Position numbers and translations under genes: made by a program. DNA of 32,000 bases from Nitrosopumilus maritimus SCM1 (GTDB lineage: Archaea; Thermoproteota; Nitrososphaeria; Nitrososphaerales; Nitrosopumilaceae). Under the pieces are notes generated by a model. The model searched no databases, was not told where the DNA came from, and saw nothing but the letters and a program-made list of their open reading frames with translations. Each line of letters opens with the position of its first letter. Within the stretch, counting starts at the first letter, position 1. Below are positions 24,992 through 32,000 of this stretch, piece after piece. The stretch covers positions 840,001 to 872,000 of the forward strand of contig NC_010085.1 of assembly GCF_000018465.1 (NCBI RefSeq). Direction: 5' to 3'.

Positions 24992-25576
24992 GTGTCTATG
25001 CAATCAGAATCAGGTAAAGACATTACAGATTACTACAAGCATCTTTCACTATTCTGGACAGATATTGTACATTTAATGTCAAGTAAACCACAGGCATTAG
25101 CATCAATTGGTCCAATGAGAGCATTTGCAGCTAATTCAAAGAAGATATCAACTGAACTCATTGAAATCAACGAAGATTTGATGGAGTTTAACAAACACCT
25201 AACTGAATACTATAAACAACTTACAGACACTTGGATAGATTCACAGAAAAAAGTCAATCTAAAAGCACCTGAAATTCCTCAAGATATTGAACAAATAGAG
25301 GCAGTCAAAAGAATTTGGATTGACATATTTGATAATGATTTTACAGAATTATTTGACTCTGAAAAATTTGGAGAAAATTATGGAAAATTAGTTTCAAAAG
25401 AATTAGAATTAACAAAGCATTGGAACAATATTGCAAATGTAGTATTGCAATCAGTTAATCTTCCAAGCAAAGAAGAAATTGATGAAGTGTACAAAGAGAT
25501 GCATTCATTGAAAAAAAGAGTTGCAAAATTAGAATTAGAGTTAAAGAAAAAGGAGATGAAAAACAATGCAAAGTGA
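24992..25576 (+). CDS. phaE: class III PHA synthase subunit PhaE (short archaeal type)
   Basis: 194 aa. The C-terminal block VNLPSKEEIDEVYKEMHSLKKRVAKLELELKK resembles the PhaE box (lPtr.E.d......L.r....Le). Overlaps phaC by 11 nt. The start may be ATG 24998. Confidence 0.65.
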   Translation: MSMQSESGKDITDYYKHLSLFWTDIVHLMSSKPQALASIGPMRAFAANSKKISTELIEINEDLMEFNKHLTEYYKQLTDTWIDSQKKVNLKAPEIPQDIEQIEAVKRIWIDIFDNDFTELFDSEKFGENYGKLVSKELELTKHWNNIANVVLQSVNLPSKEEIDEVYKEMHSLKKRVAKLELELKKKEMKNNAK

Positions 25577-26630
25577 ATCAAAAGTAGATCCAAAAATTAT
25601 TGAAGAGATTTTAAAATTTAGTAAAAACGTAATTGAAGCTCCAAAGTTGGTGGCGGCACCAGATGAAATTAGTTTAGAGGTCACTCCACACGATATAGTC
25701 CAACAAATGGACAAAACACGTCTATTGCATTACAAACCAATTACAGAAAAACAACACAAGACTCCTTTATTGATTTCATACGCATTGATTAACAGATTTC
25801 ATATTTTAGATATACAACCTGAAAAGAGTTGGGTTCGAAATTTACTTCAACAAGGATTTGATGTGTATATGCTTGATTGGGGAACACCAACAAGTATGGA
25901 CAAGTATCTTGATTTTGATGATTATGTAAACGGGTATTTGGATGCATATGTAGAATACATCAAAAATGAATCATCCACTGAAAAGATCTCATTGCAAGGA
26001 TATTGTACAGGAGCAACAATTGCCACAACATATGCGTCATTACATCCAGAAAGTGTCAAAAATTACATTGCAACTGCACCTGTAATTGATGGCTGGAGAG
26101 ATACCACCGTAATTAGCAACCTTGCAAAACACATGGACGTAGACAAAATGGTCGAAATTATTGGAAACATGCCTCCAGAATTCATGTATTATGCTTTTTC
26201 AGTTCTCAAGCCATTTGAGCAAGGCATTGAAAAGTATGTCAATTTCTTCAAAAATATTGAAAATAAGAAATTTGTTGACAGTTTCCTCAGAGTAGAAAAA
26301 TGGTTAGGAGATACACCACCTATTCCAGGAGAATTGTTCAAACAATGGATTAAAGACATCTATCAAGACAACTTGCTTATTCAAAACAAGATGCACGTAG
26401 AGGGTCAACTAGTAGATTTGAAAAAAATAGACATGCCAATCTTCACACAAGTGGCAGTTGGAGACCATTTGGTTTCACCTGAGTGTAGTATGCCACTCCA
26501 CTATGCAGTAGGTAGTGAAGATAAAACATTGAGAATGTACCCTACAGGACATGTGGGTATGATTGCCAGTTCACTATCTCAGAAGAAGGTTTTGCCTGAG
26601 CTGGGAAGTTGGTTGGCTGAAAGATCATAA
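25566..26630 (+). CDS. phaC: class III poly(3-hydroxyalkanoate) synthase catalytic subunit PhaC
   Basis: 354 aa. Lipase-box-like GYCTGA with the catalytic Cys, an alpha/beta fold, and a size typical of class III PhaC. AGGAG lies 12 nt upstream. Confidence 0.9.
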   Translation: MQSESKVDPKIIEEILKFSKNVIEAPKLVAAPDEISLEVTPHDIVQQMDKTRLLHYKPITEKQHKTPLLISYALINRFHILDIQPEKSWVRNLLQQGFDVYMLDWGTPTSMDKYLDFDDYVNGYLDAYVEYIKNESSTEKISLQGYCTGATIATTYASLHPESVKNYIATAPVIDGWRDTTVISNLAKHMDVDKMVEIIGNMPPEFMYYAFSVLKPFEQGIEKYVNFFKNIENKKFVDSFLRVEKWLGDTPPIPGELFKQWIKDIYQDNLLIQNKMHVEGQLVDLKKIDMPIFTQVAVGDHLVSPECSMPLHYAVGSEDKTLRMYPTGHVGMIASSLSQKKVLPELGSWLAERS

Positions 26631-26667
26631 AAGGAAAAAAGAAAAAATTAAAAAATTTGATTCGCCA

Positions 26668-27096
26668 CTAGTTGTTCTTTGTGGTGAATGCAGAAATCCA
26701 AGATTGTAGAATGTTTCTGTTTAACTCAGCAAATGATTTTGCGTTGTCGTTAAAGGTCTTGATGTTTTGTTGTGTTGCATCAATTGTTGCAAGTGTTACT
26801 TGGTTTTGAATTGATGTAGCCTTTACGACTTCTTCAGTTGTATCTTGCATTACTTTGATGGTAGCTTCAGGAATGTTTGCTGCCATACCTGCTTTCTTTG
26901 CAAATTCTTTTTGTAGTGTCAAGGTTGAATCTGCAATGTTTTCGTATGCTTGTATGAATTCCTGTTGTACGTTTGTAATTGCTTGATGATACTGTGGTAC
27001 TGATGTTCTAATACCGTTGAAGAATTTATCTACATTTTGTTGATATACGGAAAATAGATCTTTTGGATTTGATTGTGTCTGTTCGTTCTTACTCAA
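26668..27096 (-). CDS. phasin-like PHA-granule protein (candidate PhaP)
   Basis: 142 aa, helical, Q/N/T-rich, no Cys. Its start overlaps the stop of the AbrB-domain gene by 4 nt, matching the phaR-phaP arrangement known in haloarchaea. Confidence 0.5.
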   Translation of the reverse strand: MSKNEQTQSNPKDLFSVYQQNVDKFFNGIRTSVPQYHQAITNVQQEFIQAYENIADSTLTLQKEFAKKAGMAANIPEATIKVMQDTTEEVVKATSIQNQVTLATIDATQQNIKTFNDNAKSFAELNRNILQSWISAFTTKNN

Positions 27097-27518
27097 TTTT
27101 TCACCTCCCTAGCTTTTGATTTTTTTGCTATTGGAAGAACGATGACTTGAACCAAGTCACCTTCGCCTAATCCAAGGGCATTACGTTCTGCCTCTGGAAT
27201 GGAAATTCTACCATTACTACTGATGGTAGTTTTGTATGCACCCCAATTCATAAAGGAAGGAAGCATTTGTCCAATGCTAAACATGGTATCCATGCTTTTG
27301 TTTTGCATAGAAGTCATGTTTTCCATCATGTTTGATTGGGCTTGTCTAGTGTTATCTGAAACTTCTTTGAGTGTGTCAAGTGGGTTGAATGTTTTACTAG
27401 TTTGATTGGTCATCAAAGCACCAAAATTTTTCATAAATTCTGCTTGTGCGCGTCCACTTTTTTGAATCCAGTCTTTGAACATAGCAGTTGGATCATATTG
27501 GTTTGTATTACCACTCAT
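27093..27518 (-). CDS. phaR: AbrB/SpoVT-domain protein, candidate PHA regulator PhaR
   Basis: 141 aa. The C-terminal GRISIPEAERNALGLGEGDLVQVIVLP is an AbrB/MazE-type swapped-hairpin motif. The N-terminal half is phasin-like. Confidence 0.6.
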   Translation of the reverse strand: MSGNTNQYDPTAMFKDWIQKSGRAQAEFMKNFGALMTNQTSKTFNPLDTLKEVSDNTRQAQSNMMENMTSMQNKSMDTMFSIGQMLPSFMNWGAYKTTISSNGRISIPEAERNALGLGEGDLVQVIVLPIAKKSKAREVKN

Positions 27519-27554
27519 TGGTAATTACAGGAATTAACTGGTATATAAGGGTGT

Positions 27555-28400
27555 TTATTTTACATTAAGAAAATCCAAAACTTTTTCTGAAAATAAACGA
27601 GGTGCTTGCACATAAGGGGTATGACCACATCCATCCATCCTAATGAATCTACAATCGCTTAGAGATTGAATAAAGTCATCAGCATGATTAATTGGAATTA
27701 CAGGATCAACACTTCCCCAAATTAACATAGTTTGGGTAGAAATTGCCTGGAGTTTTTTAGTAATAATTTCAGCATTTTTCAAACCAAGTATTGTAGACAT
27801 GAATGCAAGTTTTGCGTTTGGCATTTGCATTCTTTCAATAAAACTAGAGACAATTTTTGGATCGACGCTTTCACCAGAACCCTCCATCAGTTCAAACGCA
27901 TTTTTTGCATTTTGTTCATTAGGATATAGTGCAGCCATAATGTATGCATCGAGTGCAGGAGTAGACTGTTTCATTACTCCGGAGGGAGATACCAAAATTA
28001 GTTTATCTACATCATTTTGATTTGCAGCAGTGTATTCAGCAGAGATTTGTCCACCTAAAGAAGAACCAATCAGATAAGGTAACTCAATATTCGCTGTTTG
28101 CATAAATTTGCCAAGAAAATCTGAAAAAAAGTCGATAGTATAATCTGCAAGGGGTTTGTCACTATATCCAAAGCCTATTAGATCAGGGATTACAACACGA
28201 AAATGCTCTGCAAAAATAGGCATTACTTGTTCCCATCTTTCAGCAGAGGCCCCTAGCCCATGAATTAGAACTAATGTTTTATCAGAATTTCCAGACTCTA
28301 AATAACGAATCTTATTGCCATCAATTTGGAGAAATTTCTCATTCACTAATTTTGCTTCAATTACCATCAATAGATAAGTTTTAGTTAATTCTGCGATCAT
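27555..28400 (-). CDS. alpha/beta hydrolase (meta-cleavage-product hydrolase/esterase-like)
   Basis: 281 aa. HGLGAS oxyanion region, nucleophile elbow GSSLGG, and C-terminal CGHTPY carrying the catalytic His. Confidence 0.85.
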   Translation of the reverse strand: MIAELTKTYLLMVIEAKLVNEKFLQIDGNKIRYLESGNSDKTLVLIHGLGASAERWEQVMPIFAEHFRVVIPDLIGFGYSDKPLADYTIDFFSDFLGKFMQTANIELPYLIGSSLGGQISAEYTAANQNDVDKLILVSPSGVMKQSTPALDAYIMAALYPNEQNAKNAFELMEGSGESVDPKIVSSFIERMQMPNAKLAFMSTILGLKNAEIITKKLQAISTQTMLIWGSVDPVIPINHADDFIQSLSDCRFIRMDGCGHTPYVQAPRLFSEKVLDFLNVK

Positions 28401-28471
28401 CGAAAATCACAATTTTTTAGAAAAATCTGTTATGAACTCCAAGTATGTTTTTTATGACCACAATTATGTAA

Positions 28472-28651
28472 ATGTGTGATAAAGAAAAAATCTCAAAAAT
28501 ACTAGTTCCCCTAGATGGCTCTAATAACCCTCAAAGAGGCTTGGAAATGGCCATTACGCCATCTAGACAATATGTGGCAACCATAACAGGCGTATTTTCA
28601 ATTCACCCCTCCTACTCAGAATTCCTAGGAATAGGTTCAGTTGTAAAGTAA
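28472..28651 (+). pseudogene. truncated universal stress protein (UspA-family) N-terminal remnant
   Basis: Own translation gives 59 aa: MCDKEKISKILVPLDGSNNPQRGLEMAITPSRQYVATITGVFSIHPSYSEF... The ILVPLDGS...GLE.AI block matches the Usp N-terminus. The ORF ends about 80-90 aa short, 1 nt before the msrA stop on the opposite strand. Confidence 0.35.
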
Positions 28652-28652
28652 T

Positions 28653-29105
28653 TCAAAACCCATTCTTTTTGAAATATTTTTGATGATACTCTTCTGCTTT
28701 GTAAAATGTAGGAGCAGGAGTTATTTCAGTAACAATTGGATCATTGAATTTCCCAGAAGAATCTAACTGAGTCTTTGATTTTTCTGCAACCTCTTTTTGC
28801 TTTTCATCATGGTAAAAAATTGCAGAACGATATTGGATTCCAACATCAGGGCCTTGACGATTTAGTGTTGTGGGATTATGATTATTCCAAAAAACATCCA
28901 AGAGTTCTTCATATGAAATTTCATTAGGATCATATTCTACTTCAACTGCTTCAGCATGTCCAGTTCTATCAGTGCATACTTCTTCATAAGTGGGGTTTGG
29001 TAAATTTCCACCAATGTAACCTACTTGAGTAGATTTTACTCCCTTTGTTTTGCTAAGCAAATCTTCAACATGCCAAAAACATCCTGCGCCAAATGTTGCC
29101 TTCAT
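28653..29105 (-). CDS. msrA: peptide methionine-S-sulfoxide reductase
   Basis: 150 aa. Active-site GCFWHVE (GCFW motif) and conserved blocks [12 protein letters not shown] and [14 protein letters not shown]. Confidence 0.95.
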   Translation of the reverse strand: MKATFGAGCFWHVEDLLSKTKGVKSTQVGYIGGNLPNPTYEEVCTDRTGHAEAVEVEYDPNEISYEELLDVFWNNHNPTTLNRQGPDVGIQYRSAIFYHDEKQKEVAEKSKTQLDSSGKFNDPIVTEITPAPTFYKAEEYHQKYFKKNGF

Positions 29106-29169
29106 TTCAAAAACTCTAAAACATAAACAGAATTAAAACTATTTGCTAGAAAATATTATAGAATTTTTT

Positions 29170-29577
29170 CTAAGTTCCTGTCATTTTTTTGGAAACATCA
29201 GTAAAAATTTCAACTACTTTTTTAGCCAAATTTTCAATGTTTGCAGTAGGTTCCGCAGAAATCAGCAAGAGAATTTGAGTTATAGGAAATGGGAAACTAA
29301 CAAGAACTGCCTTGTCTCTTCTTGCAGCCAAATAGTTGATAGGACCTAGACTTTCATCATATTCTTTCCTGATAGATGCTTTTGAGACAAAATCCAAGAA
29401 TGATTGCAGCCTAGTTTCATCGCCTTCATAAGGAGTAAGTCCTTCTTTGAAGCCACCTGAAATCAATTGGCCATCTTTGTCAACAATTCCAGCAAATCTA
29501 ATCTCAGATTCTTCTAGTAATTTTTTGCATTTTTCAGCATATAGATTCAAACCATCAGGACTAGTCATATGATTCAA
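29170..29577 (-). CDS. Roadblock/LC7-like small protein (paralog B)
   Basis: 135 aa, paralogous to 24552..24944 (GQLISGGFKEGL, RRDKAVLVSFPF, LLLISAE). Confidence 0.6.
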   Translation of the reverse strand: MNHMTSPDGLNLYAEKCKKLLEESEIRFAGIVDKDGQLISGGFKEGLTPYEGDETRLQSFLDFVSKASIRKEYDESLGPINYLAARRDKAVLVSFPFPITQILLLISAEPTANIENLAKKVVEIFTDVSKKMTGT

Positions 29578-29662
29578 TTTAAGATATCAAAAATAAAAAC
29601 CTAGTCAATAATAGTCACAGATGAATATATTTGACTTAAGACAGAGGTTGAAGATCTCATTT

Positions 29663-30511
29663 CTAGATTTTTAGAGTACATTTTAGAAGTGCATAATCAA
29701 TAATCCCTTTTTCAGAGGCGGTTTTCATTTTAATTATCGATTTGTATAGAATGTTTTCAACATAGTTTGGATATTTTTCTAAAATAGATTTTTTGAGTTC
29801 TTCTCTATTTTTGAGATAATAATCTGCAAGAGGATCATATACAGAATTTCCAATGAGTTTTTCATGGTTTATTTCAAAACCGCCCGAGTTGAGGGTATTT
29901 TTTACATCATCTAAAGAATAGTGTTCAGATGACCAGGTAAATTTCAGCATACCCAAATCCTTGAGAGAGGAATTTCCAAGGGTTATAGGTATAGCAATTA
30001 CAAGTAATCCAGAATCAGTCAATACCCGTTTTGATTCAGAAACAAATTCAGATAGAGGTTTGAAATGCTGTGCAGATTCTAATGCCAAGACACGGTCTAC
30101 AGAGTTGTTTGTAAAGGGGAGTTTTGTAGAAGAAGAGTTTAGAAATTCAATTTTTTGTTTTTTTCCAAAAGATAATTGTGAATAGTTGATGTTTACATCA
30201 TATAGCAGAATATGGGGGAATTCTTGTTGCCATAGATGAGAGGGAGCAGATAACCCACTTCCAACATCAACTACATGTTTTGCAGAAGATAATTCAGCAA
30301 GTTCTGCAAAAACCATGCACAGATTTTCCTGAGCAGATATTGGTTCAGAGTGTTCTTGAGACCAATACCCAAAATTAAGCATAGATCCACCTGTTGCAAG
30401 TTGCATTACGGGAGATAATGTGTTGTAAAGATTGACAGTGTCTTTTTCATTTCTACGAAAAGTCCACAAGAATAGTTCTAGAGGGTTAATCGATACCAAA
30501 AATAAATTCAA
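29663..30511 (-). CDS. class I SAM-dependent methyltransferase
   Basis: 282 aa, TTG start. Motif I VVDVGSGLSAP, the upstream GGSMLNFGYW block seen in small-molecule methyltransferases, and post-I/II motifs (DRVLALESAQHF). Confidence 0.8.
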   Translation of the reverse strand: MNLFLVSINPLELFLWTFRRNEKDTVNLYNTLSPVMQLATGGSMLNFGYWSQEHSEPISAQENLCMVFAELAELSSAKHVVDVGSGLSAPSHLWQQEFPHILLYDVNINYSQLSFGKKQKIEFLNSSSTKLPFTNNSVDRVLALESAQHFKPLSEFVSESKRVLTDSGLLVIAIPITLGNSSLKDLGMLKFTWSSEHYSLDDVKNTLNSGGFEINHEKLIGNSVYDPLADYYLKNREELKKSILEKYPNYVENILYKSIIKMKTASEKGIIDYALLKCTLKI

Positions 30512-30539
30512 AATTAATTGAACAGAGTCATATTAATTT

Positions 30540-30671
30540 CTAGGGTAATCCTTCAGAGTCTTCAGCACAATGTTTGTGGACCCATTTTTCATCTTTGTTT
30601 TTAGAGATCTCTTTTCCTGGCTGAATTTTATCACCACAAGAGACACAAGATGTTGCAAATTTTGCTTTCAT
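30540..30671 (-). CDS. small C2HC-type zinc-binding protein (43 aa)
   Basis: Own translation: MKAKFATSCVSCGDKIQPGKEISKNKDEKWVHKHCAEDSEGLP, with CxxC...HxxC. AT-rich TATA-like region 10-30 nt upstream. Below the ORF-track cutoff. Confidence 0.35.
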   Translation of the reverse strand: MKAKFATSCVSCGDKIQPGKEISKNKDEKWVHKHCAEDSEGLP

Positions 30672-30927
30672 ATGTTTTGATAATTTTAGATAGATAAATC
30701 AGATGTGTTGCAATTGGTGTCAACTAATGATCAACGCATTTTGAAAATTTGAGTATTAGTTTACACATCAAATACGGTTCAGAGAGCATAGTTAACAAAA
30801 TTCATCATCTTTTAGGTCAAAAATGGATTCATTCAGATGTAAATTGAGATAAACAGAAGAGATTGGAAATCAAAAGAAATCATCCTAGTCTGCATAGGTT
30901 TTGGAGATTTCTAATGTTTTATTGTTT

Positions 30928-32000
30928 TTAGTTATTACTATCAGAGTCTCCACTATCAGAGTCTCCACTATCAGAGTCTCCACTATCAGAGATCACGGGT
31001 TCGTTAATTATTTCAGAATTTTGTGAATCATTACTTGTGTCAAATTCATCATTGTTATTTTCAGATGCATTTTGTGTGGGCAAATTATCTGGCACAGGAG
31101 TTGACAAGATTTGGAATACTGTATCATGTTGAGTTTGTGCAGATTGAACTCTTTGGTTAGCAATATCTAATTTTTCTTTTTTATTTTCTTCAAAAGTCAC
31201 AAATTTGAGCAAAGTATTTTGCCTTTTTTCAAGTGCCTTGATTGCCCTTTGTTCTTCTTTACTTCCTAAAGGAGCTTTATCGAGTCTTTCTTTTGCAAGA
31301 TCAACTGCTGTTTTTGCAGCTAATGTTTTTTCAATAGCTATTTGATATTGCACTTCTCGTTTTTGCTCATTTTTTATTGCATTGTTTAGTTGATTCAATG
31401 CTTTTTTCTGTGCTTTAGTTAAGGGGGTTGAGGGCTCAGTAGGAGTTGAGGGCTCAGTAGGAGTTGAGGGCTCAGTAGGAGTTGAGGGCTCAGTAGGAGT
31501 TGAGGGCTCAGTAGGAGTTGAGGGCTCAGTAGGAGTTGAGGGCTCAGTAGGAGTTGAGGGCTCAGTAGGAGTTGAGGGCTCAGTAGGAGTTGAGGGCTCA
31601 GTAGGAGTTGAGGGCTCAGTAGGAGTTGAGGGCTCAGTAGGAGTAGGAGTATTTACAACATAACTTTGTTTAGAGTTTTGACTGTTTTTGTTTTGTTGTT
31701 TTTTAATTAAGGATTCTATTGCATCCCTAGTTTCCAAAAGATCTGTTCGTTTTGATGGTTGTAGTTTTGCTTGATGTTCTAGTGCTTTAATTAACATATT
31801 CCATCTTTCGTTTTGTATCAATTCGTTTATTGTCAAAGCAAAGACTTTGTCAGTTACTTTCGATGCAAAACCTGTTCCTTTGTATTCTTGTTGATTAATT
31901 TTAGCAAATATTTTTCGATATTCTTTAATTTCTTTTAGATTTAGAATTTCAGATTTAATAAAATCTGATTTTTTCTGTTTGTCAACAGATTTTGTTAATT
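30928..32000 (-). CDS. repeat-rich protein (12 x PTEPST, coiled-coil segment, SGDSD tail); 5' end lies beyond the right edge
   Basis: The track gives 30928..31836 with a TTG start. My translation shows the frame stays open with no stop up to position 32000 (...LTKSVDKQKKSDFIKSEILNLKEIKEYRKIFAKINQQEYKGTGFASKVTDKVFA-LTINEL...), so the gene is probably N-terminally truncated by the window. Confidence 0.75.
   Translation of the reverse strand, partial: LTKSVDKQKKSDFIKSEILNLKEIKEYRKIFAKINQQEYKGTGFASKVTDKVFALTINELIQNERWNMLIKALEHQAKLQPSKRTDLLETRDAIESLIKKQQNKNSQNSKQSYVVNTPTPTEPSTPTEPSTPTEPSTPTEPSTPTEPSTPTEPSTPTEPSTPTEPSTPTEPSTPTEPSTPTEPSTPTEPSTPLTKAQKKALNQLNNAIKNEQKREVQYQIAIEKTLAAKTAVDLAKERLDKAPLGSKEEQRAIKALEKRQNTLLKFVTFEENKKEKLDIANQRVQSAQTQHDTVFQILSTPVPDNLPTQNASENNNDEFDTSNDSQNSEIINEPVISDSGDSDSGDSDSGDSDSNN
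30938..30991. repeat. tandem 15-bp repeat CTATCAGAGTCTCCA, 3 copies plus a partial one (encodes the SGDSD tail)
   Basis: Read directly at the 3' end of the repeat-protein gene. Confidence 0.9.
31427..31642. repeat. perfect tandem repeat, 12 copies of the 18-bp unit GTTGAGGGCTCAGTAGGA (encodes PTEPST on the minus strand)
   Basis: Counted directly: copies start at 31427 + 18k for k = 0..11 with no mismatch. A partial GTAGGAGT follows. Confidence 0.95.

Noticed and set aside
24998-25580. PhaE (from ATG 24998) and PhaC both begin with the peptide MQSES.
   Set aside because: The codons differ (TCA GAA TCA versus AGT GAA TCA) and similarity stops after five residues. Coincidence, not a duplication.
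1242-30185. About 34 ORFs of 60-128 aa in the supplied track that lie antisense to, or out of frame within, the larger genes. Examples: 1242..1496, 2383..2601, 4249..4476, 5175..5546, 5805..6137, 8370..8750, 10342..10620, 10412..10687, 16420..16635, 17345..17557, 20470..20856, 22065..22325, 23205..23480, 24795..25076, 27199..27405, 27732..28020, 29143..29349, 29961..30185.
   Set aside because: Each is fully or largely embedded in a longer ORF with clear family motifs. Their translations are low-complexity or Cys/Phe/Ser/Leu-rich, as expected for shadow frames of AT-rich coding DNA, and they have no recognisable motifs or promoter context.
30672-30927. A 256-bp non-coding gap between the small zinc-protein gene and the repeat-protein gene. 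Inspected for RNA genes or mobile-element ends.
   Set aside because: I could see no stable stem-loops, no terminal inverted repeats, and only trivial ORFs (under 10 aa).
1-32000. A search for CRISPR arrays, IS elements or transposases, integrases, toxin-antitoxin pairs, and restriction or other defence genes.
   Set aside because: None found. The only repeats are the intragenic tandem repeats, the WW-module duplication and the 11-bp regulatory boxes. Gene content is core or metabolic rather than a defence island.

Overview
AT-rich (roughly one-third GC by eye), tightly packed archaeal chromosome segment. Gene content points to an ammonia-oxidising thaumarchaeon of the Nitrosopumilus type; this is an inference from two TFB genes, NreA, a class III PHA synthase, streamlined spacing and characteristic secreted-protein repeats. 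About 42 real genes. Housekeeping genes include metG, ahcY, nadE, cysS, birA, msrA, a YchF/OBG GTPase, MscS and a PRTase. I found no rRNA, tRNA, CRISPR array, IS element or integrase. The part worth a second look is 7.2-17.5 kb. The protein at 15102..15944 carries the full signature of a CarH-type coenzyme-B12 photoreceptor module (W-x9-E-H, then E-x-H-x-x-G-x41-S-x-T-x25-G-G), but its short basic N-terminus is not MerR-like. Its promoter and two neighbouring promoters share one architecture: two 11-bp TTAGCACTAG-type boxes at a 19-bp period, butted directly against the TATA box. Further single copies of the same 10-mer (six exact copies in total, all intergenic) precede a TFB-paralog cassette and other genes. 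A signal-less BtuF-like cobalamin-binding protein, a T4-endoV-like pyrimidine-dimer glycosylase, a DUF1722 (photolyase-associated) protein and NreA with a PIP box lie in the same region. Together these suggest a previously undescribed B12/light-responsive regulon in an archaeon, with the TFB paralog possibly acting like a light-induced alternative sigma factor. Other notable items: a phaE-phaC / phaR(AbrB)-phasin PHA locus flanked by two paralogous Roadblock-like genes, a WW repeat module shared at nucleotide level by two secreted proteins, a Met-rich membrane-anchored wHTH protein, and a perfect 12 x 18-bp PTEPST repeat.
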